From assembly GCA_963776345.1 (NCBI GenBank), contig CAVZMH010000015.1:384001-448000 (forward strand): a DNA stretch of 64,000 nucleotides, read 5' to 3'. The position numbers and the translations under genes were made by a program. This DNA comes from an uncultured delta proteobacterium. Its GTDB lineage: Bacteria; Myxococcota; Myxococcia; Myxococcales; Myxococcaceae. This document shows positions 1 through 8,943 of the stretch, piece by piece; position 1 is the stretch's first letter; the number at the start of each line of letters is the position of its first letter. The notes beneath the pieces are model-generated. The model ran no database searches. It saw nothing but the letters and a program-made list of their open reading frames with translations, and had not been told where the DNA came from.

Positions 1-476
1 TGCGCTACGACTCGCTCGAGGGCTTCGAGGGGGAGAAGAAGGGAGGCCTTCTCCGGCCACGGGTCCTGGCGTACGGCGCGGTGACCGCCGCGGCGCTGCT
101 CACGGTCGGGCTCAACGTCTTCGCGCTGCGCACGCCCTTCGAGGCGAACCTGCTCCGCTCGGCGGGGATCCCCTACGTGCTCGAGACCGCCACCATCCGG
201 AACCAGTTCGAGCTGCACCTGATCAACAAGCACGTGGACCCGGCGGAGTTCGAGGTGGCGGTGAGCGGCCCGGAGGGCACGACGGTCATCGTGCCGCAGC
301 CGCGGATCCAGCTCGGGCCGCTGGAAGGCATCCGCACGCCGGTGATGGTCACCATCGATCGCGCCAGGTACCGCGGGCCGTTCGAGCTGAAGGCGACGGT
401 GAAGGACCTGGCGACCGGCGAGGTGCGCGAGCTGTCGGGGAGGTTCCTGGGGCCGCCGGTGGGGCCGAAGAGCTGA
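1..476 (+). CDS. ccoG: Cytochrome c oxidase accessory protein CcoG/FixG, C-terminal part (5' truncated by window edge)
   Basis: Frame is open from base 3: RYDSLEG...LLRPRVLAY, a TM helix, then an Ig-like domain (IRNQFELHLINK) typical of the FixG C-terminus. Confidence 0.75.
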   Translation, partial: RYDSLEGFEGEKKGGLLRPRVLAYGAVTAAALLTVGLNVFALRTPFEANLLRSAGIPYVLETATIRNQFELHLINKHVDPAEFEVAVSGPEGTTVIVPQPRIQLGPLEGIRTPVMVTIDRARYRGPFELKATVKDLATGEVRELSGRFLGPPVGPKS

Positions 477-579
477 GTCGCCCGGGAGGGGCGCCTCGTT
501 GCGCCTCCGGGCCAGCGCGGAGCGGGACGCTCCGGCTGGCGTGCGCCCCCACTCCGAGAGGGCCACCGCTGGCGCGCGC

Positions 580-1128
580 TCAGTCGTCCGACCAGCCCCG
601 ACCCTCGCGCGGGATCGGGTTCGGGAGCCGGTCCACCAGCCGGATCACCGGATTCACGATCTCGGGGCCGAGGATCCACCGGAGCGATGCGTCGATCTCC
701 CGCCACCCGGGCTCGAGGGCCTCGAGGTGTATCTCGCCCTCCTCGGTCAGCGCCCAGCGCGCGAGCCGCCGGCTCGAGGCGCGCCGGGCCACTCCGCGAT
801 CACGCATCCTCGCCAGCGAACGGCCCACCGGCGCAGGATCGAGCCGCAGCCGGCGGGCGAGCTCGAGCGCGCTCGCGGGCCCACCACGCAACGTCACCAT
901 GAGCTGGAACTCGGTCATGCTCAGCCCGTGGCCCGCCAGCATCCGCTCCAGCGGCCGGCTCGCGAATCGCGTCAGCATCCGGAGCGCTGTGCAGACGCAC
1001 GCGTCCGGAAGCTCGGACCACGAGGCCTCGATTGCCCCAGCAAGACGCAGTGAACGCGACACGGAGCCGAGCAAGCTTGCGAGCCACGTGCCCTCCGGCC
1101 CACGGGAGCCGCCGCTCCCAGCGCTCAA
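580..1128 (-). CDS. MarR-family transcriptional regulator (true start may be downstream)
   Basis: CVCTALRMLTR...GLSMTEFQLMVTL...ELARRLRLDPAPVGRSLARM...WALTEEG is a winged-helix MarR pattern. Confidence 0.8.
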   Translation of the reverse strand: MSAGSGGSRGPEGTWLASLLGSVSRSLRLAGAIEASWSELPDACVCTALRMLTRFASRPLERMLAGHGLSMTEFQLMVTLRGGPASALELARRLRLDPAPVGRSLARMRDRGVARRASSRRLARWALTEEGEIHLEALEPGWREIDASLRWILGPEIVNPVIRLVDRLPNPIPREGRGWSDD

Positions 1129-1251
1129 GACGCTATAGCACGCAAGGACGCACTCGAAGTGAACACGGTACGAGCCTTCAGGTACTTACACTTGGTCCAT
1201 CCGCACTCGGAGTAGGCGTGGATGCTATAGCATCTTGAGCGCTGGAGGCGG
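1112..1251. repeat. 29-bp inverted repeat pair (1112-1140 / 1223-1251) around an 82-bp spacer
   Basis: CCGCTCCCAGCGCTCAAGACGCTATAGCA versus the reverse complement of the right copy, CCGCCTCCAGCGCTCAAGATGCTATAGCA: 26/29 identical, inner 23 bp 22/23. Confidence 0.9.
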
Positions 1252-1459
1252 ACGCCCGGGCGAGGCCTCCCGCGGACCCGCACCACTGCGGCTCCCCGGA
1301 GCGCCCGGGTTCGCGGAGGCCGCCCATCGAGCCACCGCAGCCGACCACTGTCCCCTTTGCGTCTCCTCGAGGCCGGCGACCTGGGCTCCCCTGATATTCC
1401 TCGGCTGCTGCCAATTCGCGCGCAGGAGCGGTCCCGACCGGCGCTTGCGGTGTTCCCCG

Positions 1460-2138
1460 ATGCTCCTCTTCCAGAAGCGCTTCCACGCCGGACTCGTCGA
1501 CGGGTCGATCCACCTCACCTTCCGGCGGTGGCAGAAGCCGCACGTCCGCCCGGGAGGCCGCTACCGGTGCCATCCGATCGGCGTCCTCGAGGTCGAGCAG
1601 GTGGCTCGTGTCCCCGTCCGCTCCATCGGAGAGGACGAGGCACGTGCGGCAGGCTTCTCGTCGAAGGACGAGCTGCTCCGGTTTCTCGCCGAGGGGCCGG
1701 CAGGGCCGGGTCAGGCCCGAGACCGAGGTCTGGCGCGTCGCCCTCCACCACGGAGGCGACGGTGACCGCGTGGAGATTGCCCTCGACGACCGGCTGACCC
1801 CGGCCGACGTCGAGACGCTCGCGCGGCGACTGGAGCGGCTCGGCGAGTGGACGCTCCCCACCCTCCGCCTCATCCGACGGCGCCCCCGCGTCGCCGCGTC
1901 CGTGCTCGCGAGGACCCTCGGCCGGGAGCGCGACCCGTTCAAGGTCGACGTCCGCAAGCTGAAGCGCCTCGGGCTCACCCAGAGCTTCGAGGTCGGCTAC
2001 GAGCTGTCGCCGCGCGGTCGGGCCTTCCTCGCCCAGCTCCCCCGCCGCCGGCCGGTCAGTCCGAAGCGCACGACCCCGCGCCCGAGACGGACGCACCCGC
2101 GAAGCGCCCGACGTCGGCAGGCTATGAAGCCCCGATGA
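1460..2138 (+). CDS. ASCH/PUA-like domain protein with C-terminal winged HTH; frameshift near 1706-1710
   Basis: MLLFQKRFHAGLVDGSIHLTFRRW...EDEARAAGFSS (ASCH-like) continues in another frame as VRPETEVWRV...FKVDVRKLKRLGLTQSFEVGYELSPRG. One extra G in CCGGG explains the shift. Confidence 0.7.
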
Positions 2139-2266
2139 GTCGCAACCGCCCGATTTCTGGTGGGACTCCGGGGGCTCGATCCCGTCCGGCGCAAATCATG
2201 CGGCCTGATTCGGTCCAGGCCGCAGAGCCCGCGCGGCCGCGCCCCCCTCCGAGGGTGAAGGGGCCC

Positions 2267-2282
2267 GGGCACCTCGCTTGCA
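2267..2282 (+). promoter_or_regulatory. Putative sigma-54 promoter for hemN-hemJ
   Basis: GGGCACCTCGCTTGCA fits GG-N10-GC and the TGGCACnnnnnTTGCA consensus closely, just upstream of hemN. Confidence 0.55.
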
Positions 2283-2296
2283 CGACAGAGGCCCCG

Positions 2297-3692
2297 ATGC
2301 AGGCCAGACTCCAGCCGGTGCAGACTCCGGAGCCCGCAGGGATCGATCACGCGCTGCTCGAGCGCTACGGCGCCCTCCCCGTCCCGCGCTACACCAGCTA
2401 CCCGCCGGCGAACCACTGGGAGTCGAGGTTCGGCGAGCCCGAGGCCCGCGAGGCGTTCCAGACCGCCGGGAGCCCGCCCGGCGTCCATCTACGTCCACGT
2501 CCCGTTCTGCCGGAAGCTCTGCTACTACTGCGGCTGCAACATGCTCGTGACCCGGAGCGAGTCGCTCGTCGAGCGCTACCTCCGGGCGCTGGAGCTGGAG
2601 CTCGATCGCGTCTCCGCCCTCCTCCCCCGCCGTCCCGAGATCGTCCAGCTTCACCTCGGCGGCGGCACGCCGACCTACCTCGACCCGGACCAGCTCGCCC
2701 GCCTCGCCGACGCCATCCAGGCCCGGCTCCCCTGGAAGCCCGGCATCGAGGCCTCGATCGAGATCCACCCGGCGGTCACCAGCGTCGAGCAGATCCGCAC
2801 CCTCGCGCGGCTCGGCTTCAACCGGGTCAGCATGGGCGTCCAGGACTTCGACCCGGCGGTCCAGAAGCGCATCAACCGCCGGCAGTCGTTCGAGGAGACC
2901 CGGGCGCTGATCGAGGAGAGCCGCGCGCTCGGCTTCGTCAGCGTCAACGTGGATCTCATGTACGGGCTCCCGCTCCAGACCGTCGACCACTTCCAGCGCA
3001 CCCTGGACCGCATCGAGGAGCTGCGCCCCGACCGCATCGCCCTCTTCGGCTACGCCCACGTGCCCTCGATGAAGAAGCACCAGGGGCTCTTCCAGCCCAA
3101 GGAGTTACCCGGACCCGCCGACCGCCTGGCCCTGCTCGAGGCCTCCATCCAGCGGCTGCTCGCCGCCGGCTACGTGCACGTCGGCCTGGACCACTTCGCC
3201 CTGGAGGACGACGAGCTGTGCCGCGCCCGCGCCGCCGGGACGCTCCGCCGCAACTTCATGGGCTACACCACCTGCGCCGACAGCGACGTGCTCGCCTTCG
3301 GGCCCTCCGCCATCTCCGAGGTGTCCGGCACCTACGTCCAGAACGCGCGCGAGGTGCACGACTGGGCCACCATGCTCGAGCAGGGCCGGCTCGCGGCCGT
3401 GCGCGGACACCGGCTCGACGCCGAGGACCGCGCCAGGAGCGCGCTCATCATGCAGCTCTTCTGCAGCCTGGAGGTCGACCTGGACGCGCTCCGCGCCCGC
3501 CACCCCGGGACGCTCCAGAACCTGCGCGACGAGGAGCGCGACCTCGCCGGGCTCGAGCGCGACGGCCTCGTCGCCCGCCAGGGAGCGCGGATCCGGGTGA
3601 CCCCGCGCGGACAGCTGCTGCTCCGCACCGTGGCCGCCCCCTTCGACACCTACCACCGGGCCGACGCCCGGCTCCACGCCCCTGCCCTATGA
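2297..3692 (+). CDS. hemN: Oxygen-independent coproporphyrinogen III oxidase (radical SAM); frameshift near 2473
   Basis: PRYTSYP in one frame; SIYVHVPFCRKLCYYCGCN (CxxxCxxC), HLGGGTPT, GLDHFAL and RNFMGY in the next. One extra C in AGCCCGC. Confidence 0.93.
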
Positions 3693-4138
3693 GCGCGGAA
3701 CCGTCGTCGCTGCTGCTCTGGCTCAGGGCCTTCCACCTGATGGCCATCATCAGCTGGATGGCCGGGCAGTTCTACATCTGGCGGCTGTACGTCTACCACG
3801 CGATGACCACCGAGCCGGCGGTGATGCGCCAGTTCGAGGTCATGGAGCGGCGGCTCCTCAACGCCATCACCACCCCGGCGGCGATCCTCTCGCTCTTCAC
3901 CGGGATCGGACTGCTCGCGCTCCAGCCCTTCTTCCTCGAGCAGCCCTGGATGCTCGTCAAGCTGCTCTTCGTCGCGGTGATGTACGTGGCGCATGGCTTC
4001 TCCATCCGCTTCCGCAAGAAGCTGATGACCGAACCCCACGCCTACCCGCACACGCTCTTTCGCTTCCTCAACGAGCTACCAACCGTGTTGATGATCGTCA
4101 TCGTGATCATGATCATCGTGAAGCCGTTTGCCCGCTGA
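3689..4138 (+). CDS. hemJ: Protoporphyrinogen oxidase HemJ
   Basis: WLRAFHLMAIISWMAGQFYIWRLYVYH...MERRL...FRFLNELPT...IVKPF; ATGA overlap with the hemN stop. Confidence 0.9.
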   Translation: MSAEPSSLLLWLRAFHLMAIISWMAGQFYIWRLYVYHAMTTEPAVMRQFEVMERRLLNAITTPAAILSLFTGIGLLALQPFFLEQPWMLVKLLFVAVMYVAHGFSIRFRKKLMTEPHAYPHTLFRFLNELPTVLMIVIVIMIIVKPFAR

Positions 4139-4228
4139 TGAGCGGAGCCGGCAGCCAACGGTTGGACCTGACCCCGGCGGCGGGGTAAGGGCAAGGGGAC
4201 GCGAGGGGATGAAAGCAGGACGCGGACG

Positions 4229-4990
4229 ATGACGAGCCGGTTGAGCCGCTGGACGACGCTGCTGATCACCTTCGCCGGGATCGTGCTCCCCTGGCTCTTT
4301 GCCCTGACGGCGCTCGACTCGAACAGCGCAGCCGCCCAGGCGGTCGCGTTCCTCCCCGCCCCCTACGCCTTCATCATCTGGGCACCCATCTACACCGGGT
4401 TCCTCATCTTCGCGGTGTGGCAGGCCCGGCCGGCACAGGCCAACAACCCGCGCGTGGCGGCGATCCGCCCCTGGCTGATGCTGACCGCGGCGCTCAACGC
4501 CGCCTGGTTCGGCGCGGTGGCCATCCGCCACACAGGGTGGACCGTTCCGATCGTCTTCGGGATGCTGGCGGTCGCGGTGGCGATGCACCGGGCCGCGCGC
4601 ATCGGCGTGGTGCCGGTCGATCCCGCCGAGGCCTGGCTCCGGCTCCCCTTCTCCCTCTACACGGGCTGGCTGATCATCGCGGTGTTCGCCAACGTCTCCA
4701 TCGAGCTGTCGCGCGCGGGATGGGACGGCTTCGGCTGGAGCCCGGTCACCTGGGGCATTCTCTTCATCGTGGCCAGCTCGGTCATCGGTCTGTTGACCCG
4801 CTTCGGTCTCGACGATCCAGTCCTCGGCGGCGTGCTGGTCTGGGCCTACCTGGCCATCGTCGTCCAGCAGCAGGAGCGCCCCTTCGTCTCCCTGTTCGCC
4901 GGCATCGCGTCGGGGATCTGCCTGCTCTCGCTCTTCGTGCGCGACCGCCAGGCGCCCCACTCGACGAGCAGCGAATGCGTCGAGGTGTGA
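4229..4990 (+). CDS. Tryptophan-rich sensory (TspO/MBR-like) membrane protein
   Basis: PAPYAFIIWAPIY, LNAAW and SLYTGWL motifs; multiple TM helices. Confidence 0.7.
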   Translation: MTSRLSRWTTLLITFAGIVLPWLFALTALDSNSAAAQAVAFLPAPYAFIIWAPIYTGFLIFAVWQARPAQANNPRVAAIRPWLMLTAALNAAWFGAVAIRHTGWTVPIVFGMLAVAVAMHRAARIGVVPVDPAEAWLRLPFSLYTGWLIIAVFANVSIELSRAGWDGFGWSPVTWGILFIVASSVIGLLTRFGLDDPVLGGVLVWAYLAIVVQQQERPFVSLFAGIASGICLLSLFVRDRQAPHSTSSECVEV

Positions 4991-5021
4991 GCCCGGACGC
5001 GCCCGGCGCTGGCCTTCGCTC

Positions 5022-5531
5022 TCAGCGAGCGGCGTCCAGCATTCGCCCGAACCACGCGCTGCCGTGTGGGTTCTCGTTGTACCGGGGAATCGGCGCGTAG
5101 CCGGCCGACAGGTAGAGGGCCGCCGCCTCCCGCAGCGGCGTGGCAGTGTCGAGCACCAGCCGCCTCGCGCCGAGGGAGCGGGCGACGCCTTCGACCCCGG
5201 CGAGCAACACCCGCCCGAGCCCATGTCCCCGGAGGTCCGGGACGAGGAAGAAGTGCTTCAGCTCCAGCGTGCCCTCGCCGAGAGGGCGCAGCCCGGCACA
5301 GCCCACCGCGCGGCCCGCGTGCCAGCCGAGCACCACCGCTCCGCCCGGTCCGCGGAAGTCCTCCGGCCAGCGCGCGGTGATCTCCACCACCGCGGGGGCG
5401 AGCCGCTCCCGCAGCTCGCGGAAGTACGCCTCGAGCAGGCGGCCCGCCTCCGGGGCGCCCGGATCCGCGCGGCCGACCTGCAGGGCGACGCTTCCTTCCA
5501 CGGCGGGCACTGCAGCACACGTTGCCCGCAC
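5022..5531 (-). CDS. GNAT N-acetyltransferase (start possibly GTG near 5500)
   Basis: AVGCAGLR...ELKHFFLVPDLRGHGLGR...LDT...AAALYLSAGY acetyl-CoA motifs. Confidence 0.88.
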   Translation of the reverse strand: MRATCAAVPAVEGSVALQVGRADPGAPEAGRLLEAYFRELRERLAPAVVEITARWPEDFRGPGGAVVLGWHAGRAVGCAGLRPLGEGTLELKHFFLVPDLRGHGLGRVLLAGVEGVARSLGARRLVLDTATPLREAAALYLSAGYAPIPRYNENPHGSAWFGRMLDAAR

Positions 5532-5584
5532 AGTTCCTTGCGGCGAAAGCGAGAACAGTCGCCGGCCGCTCCGGACCGGGAGCC

Positions 5585-6607
5585 TCAGGCCAGCGAGTCC
5601 ATCACCTCGTCCAGCACCTTCTTCGGCGGGCGGGTGACCTCCTGGGGCAAGGTGGCCAGCGGCGCGTCCGTCACGTGGAGCAGGTCGTAGAAGCTCGGAA
5701 GCTCGGTGTTCACGTACAGCACGCCGGTCAGCACCTCCTGCTGCGCATGCGAGGTCATGATCCGGGTCACCACCGCCAGCTTGTCCCGCGGGTCGTACCC
5801 TTCCTCCACCTTCCGGAGCTGCAGGTGCGAGCCGTCGTGCATCTTCACCGACACGGTGGAGCCGGGGTCGTAGTCCACCGAGATGTCCTCGTACGAGGGG
5901 ATGAACGACAGCTCGTGCACCGGCTCGTCGTGGTCCTTCATGTACGAGTACGACTTGGTGGATCCCTCGTGGTCGTTGAAGGTCACGCAGGGCGAGATGA
6001 CGTCCAGCACCGCCGTGCCCCGGTGCACGGTCGCCGCCTTGAGCATCGCCGAGAGCTGCTTCTTGTCCCCGGAGAAGCTCCGGCCGACGAAGGTGGCTCC
6101 GAGCTGGATGGCGAGGAGGCAGGTGTCGATCGCCGGGAGCTGGTTCACCACTCCCGACTTCGAGGTCGAGCCCGCGTCGGCGGTGGCGCTGAACTGGCCC
6201 TTGGTCAGGCCGTACACCCCGTTGTCCTCGATGATGTAGACCAGCGGCAGGTTGCGGCGGACCAGGTGCACGAACTGGCCCACGCCGATCGACGCGGTGT
6301 CCCCGTCGCCCGAGACCCCGAGGCCGATCAGCGTCCGGTTGGCGAGCAGCGCGCCCGTGGCCACCGACGGCATGCGCCCGTGCACCGCGTTGAAGGCGTG
6401 CGCCCGGCTCATGAAGTAGGCCGGCGTCTTCGACGAGCAGCCGATGCCGGAGAGCTTCGCCACCCGCTCCGGCTGGATGCCCAGCTCGAACATCGACTCG
6501 AGGATGCGCTCGCTGATGGCGTTGTGCCCGCAGCCCGCGCAGAGGGTGGTCTTGCTGCCCTTGTAGTCGGCCTGGGTCAGTCCCAGCCGGTTGGTCTTCT
6601 CCGCCAT
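5585..6607 (-). CDS. 2-oxoacid:ferredoxin oxidoreductase beta subunit
   Basis: LCAGCGH, SGIGCSSK, HGR and the TPP motif GDGD...DNGVYGLTKGQ. Confidence 0.95.
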   Translation of the reverse strand: MAEKTNRLGLTQADYKGSKTTLCAGCGHNAISERILESMFELGIQPERVAKLSGIGCSSKTPAYFMSRAHAFNAVHGRMPSVATGALLANRTLIGLGVSGDGDTASIGVGQFVHLVRRNLPLVYIIEDNGVYGLTKGQFSATADAGSTSKSGVVNQLPAIDTCLLAIQLGATFVGRSFSGDKKQLSAMLKAATVHRGTAVLDVISPCVTFNDHEGSTKSYSYMKDHDEPVHELSFIPSYEDISVDYDPGSTVSVKMHDGSHLQLRKVEEGYDPRDKLAVVTRIMTSHAQQEVLTGVLYVNTELPSFYDLLHVTDAPLATLPQEVTRPPKKVLDEVMDSLA

Positions 6608-6610
6608 GGC

Positions 6611-8410
6611 TTACCGGCCCTCCCGGGCCACGATCTCGTCGGTCACGCTGCGGGCATCGAGCGGCAGCCCGGGAATGTGGGCCACCGACCGGAGCCGGGT
6701 CAGCAGCTCCGCCGGCAGGTCGATCTTCAGCAAGGACGCGAGCTGCCCGTCCCGGTTCTGCTCCACCACGTACACCCGGGGGTGCCGCTCGATGAACGCC
6801 TGGACCTCCGGCGAGAACGGGTAGGCGAGCACGCGCAGGTAATCGGTCTTCAGGCCCTTCTCCTTGACCAGCTGGTCCCGCGATTCGACCAGCGCGTGGT
6901 GGCTCGAGCCGTAGCCGATGATGCCCACCTCGGCCCCGCCCTCGTCGACGATCGGCGCGGGGAGCTCGCGGCGGGCGGTGTCCATCTTCCGCTCCAGACG
7001 GGCGAGGTTGTTCACCCAGTCCTCCGGCCGCTCGGAATACTGCGCCTTCTCGTTGTGGCCGGTCCCTCGGGTGAAGTACGAGGCCAGAGGGTGGTCGGTG
7101 CCCGGCAGCGTGCGGTAGGCGATGCCGTCACCGTCAACGTCCCGGTAGCGCTCGAATCCGCCCAGCCGCTGGAGGTCCTCCCTGGAGAGCACCTTCCCGC
7201 GGGCAATCGGCTTCTCCGGGTACGGAAACGGCTCCGACATCCAGTAGTTCATCCCCAGGTCGAGGTCGGAGAGAACGAAGACCGGCGTCTGGAACCGCTC
7301 GGCGATGTCGAAGGCCTCCGTCCCGAAGCGGAAGCACTCCTCCACCGAGCCCGGGAACAAGAGGATGTGCCGCGTGTCCCCGTGCGAGAGGAGGGCGGTG
7401 GAGAGCACGTCCCCCTGCGAGGTCCGGGTGGGGAGCCCGGTCGACGGGCCCACCCGCTGGACGTCCCAGATGACCGCCGGGATCTCCGCGAAGTAAGCCA
7501 GGCCCGCGAACTCGGCCATCAGCGAGATGCCCGGGCCGGCGGTGGCGGTCATCGCCCGCGCGCCCGCCCAGCCGGCGCCCACCACCATGCCCACCGCCGC
7601 CAGCTCGTCCTCCGCCTGCACGATGGCGTAGGTGCTCTTGCCGTCCGGCCCCATCCGGTAGCGCCGCATGTAGCCGATCAGCGTCTCCACCAGCGACGAC
7701 GAGGGGGTGATGGGGTACCAGGTCACCACCGTCACCCCGCCGAACATCGCGCCCAGCGCCGCAGCCGAGTTCCCGTCGATGATGATCTTCCCCCGGTTGG
7801 CGTCCATCCGGTGGATCTGGAATCGGTCGCGCTTCTGCAGCGACTCCCGGGCGAACTCGAACCCGGCCCGGGCCGCGCGCACGTTCAGCTCGGCCGCCTT
7901 GGCCTTCTTCCGGAACTGCTTGGTGATCGCCGCCTCCACCTCGCCCATCTCCAGGCCGAGGATGTGGGCCACCACCCCCACGTAGGACATGTTCCGGAGA
8001 AGCTTCTTGAGCTTCGCGTCCCCGCTGACCGGCTGGACCACCTTGTCGAAGGGCACCGGGTAGAAGGTGAGGTCGGAACGGAGCCCGGCAAGCTGCAGCG
8101 GCTCGTCGAACACCACCGCCGAGCCCGGCCGGAGCGAGAGCACGTCCTCGCGCGCGGACTCGGGGTTCATGGCGACGAGGAGATCGATCTCGTTCTTCCG
8201 GCCGATCCACCCGTCCTTGCTCGCGCGGATGGTGTACCAGGTAGGGAGCCCGGCGATGTTCGAGGGGAAGAGGTTCTTCGCCGAGACCGGGACACCCATC
8301 TGGAACAGGGTCCGGAGCAGCACCATGTTCGCGCTCTGCGAGCCGGACCCGTTCACGGTCGCGACCTGCAGGCTCATGTCGTTGATCACCGGTGATGCGG
8401 GCTGGCTCAT
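6611..8410 (-). CDS. 2-oxoacid:acceptor oxidoreductase alpha subunit (gamma-alpha fusion)
   Basis: NGSGSQSAN, WYPITPSS, QAEDELAA, QRVGPSTGLPTRT; GAGGAGG RBS before ATG 8410. Confidence 0.95.
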   Translation of the reverse strand: MSQPASPVINDMSLQVATVNGSGSQSANMVLLRTLFQMGVPVSAKNLFPSNIAGLPTWYTIRASKDGWIGRKNEIDLLVAMNPESAREDVLSLRPGSAVVFDEPLQLAGLRSDLTFYPVPFDKVVQPVSGDAKLKKLLRNMSYVGVVAHILGLEMGEVEAAITKQFRKKAKAAELNVRAARAGFEFARESLQKRDRFQIHRMDANRGKIIIDGNSAAALGAMFGGVTVVTWYPITPSSSLVETLIGYMRRYRMGPDGKSTYAIVQAEDELAAVGMVVGAGWAGARAMTATAGPGISLMAEFAGLAYFAEIPAVIWDVQRVGPSTGLPTRTSQGDVLSTALLSHGDTRHILLFPGSVEECFRFGTEAFDIAERFQTPVFVLSDLDLGMNYWMSEPFPYPEKPIARGKVLSREDLQRLGGFERYRDVDGDGIAYRTLPGTDHPLASYFTRGTGHNEKAQYSERPEDWVNNLARLERKMDTARRELPAPIVDEGGAEVGIIGYGSSHHALVESRDQLVKEKGLKTDYLRVLAYPFSPEVQAFIERHPRVYVVEQNRDGQLASLLKIDLPAELLTRLRSVAHIPGLPLDARSVTDEIVAREGR

Positions 8411-8488
8411 GGACCTCCTCGACGGCGGCACAACTACAGTCGCACCGCGGAGGGCAGCCGGGCAACTTTCGCGCCAGGTTCCGCCGGG

Positions 8489-8758
8489 CTACGGCGGCCT
8501 GGACCCGGAGTGTGCCCCGTTCGAACGCACGGCCCGGGCCGGCGATTCCGGCCGGAGCCCGAACCTGCGCTCGGCCCACCGCGTCGCGCCGAAGACGGCC
8601 ACCCAGAGCATGAGCCCGGCGGCCGCCCGGAGCCCCGCCCACCGGAGCAGCGGGCTGGCGCCCCGACGTTCGCGGCTCGCCACCCAGAGGAGCACCGCCA
8701 GCACGGCGATCCAGACAGCGCTGGCCAGGGCCCAGGCGATCGCGTCGTTGCGTTCCAC
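8489..8758 (-). CDS. Small two-TM hypothetical membrane protein
   Basis: GTG start after a purine-rich RBS; two hydrophobic segments (AIAWALASAVWIAVLAVLLWVA; AAAGLMLWVAVFGA). Confidence 0.5.
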   Translation of the reverse strand: MERNDAIAWALASAVWIAVLAVLLWVASRERRGASPLLRWAGLRAAAGLMLWVAVFGATRWAERRFGLRPESPARAVRSNGAHSGSRPP

Positions 8759-8943
8759 GCTCCCTCTCGGGGACGCACCGTGCCACAGCTCCCGCCCACA
8801 TGGCGGCCTGTTCGTCGGGACAGGCGCACGGCCGTCCACGACCGGACCGGGGGGTCGCGGCCCAGCGGCCAGAGCGACCGGACGGGGACCACCGTTGCCT
8901 GCACGGCCGTTGACGCGCCCGCTCACCTGATTGAAGGGGACGC

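Noticed and set aside
2460..2490. Programmed frameshifting or pseudogene status for hemN (likewise dxs at ~50600 and ASCH at ~1708)
   Set aside because: Each is a single extra base in a short run with no slippery heptamer, and similar indels recur across the window. Sequencing error is the simpler explanation.
5522..8395. Long antisense and alternate-frame ORFs (e.g. 957 aa here, 1191 aa at 34646, 969 aa at 25269)
   Set aside because: These are shadow ORFs of high-GC genes: Arg/Pro/Gly-rich, motif-free, and overlapping well-supported genes.
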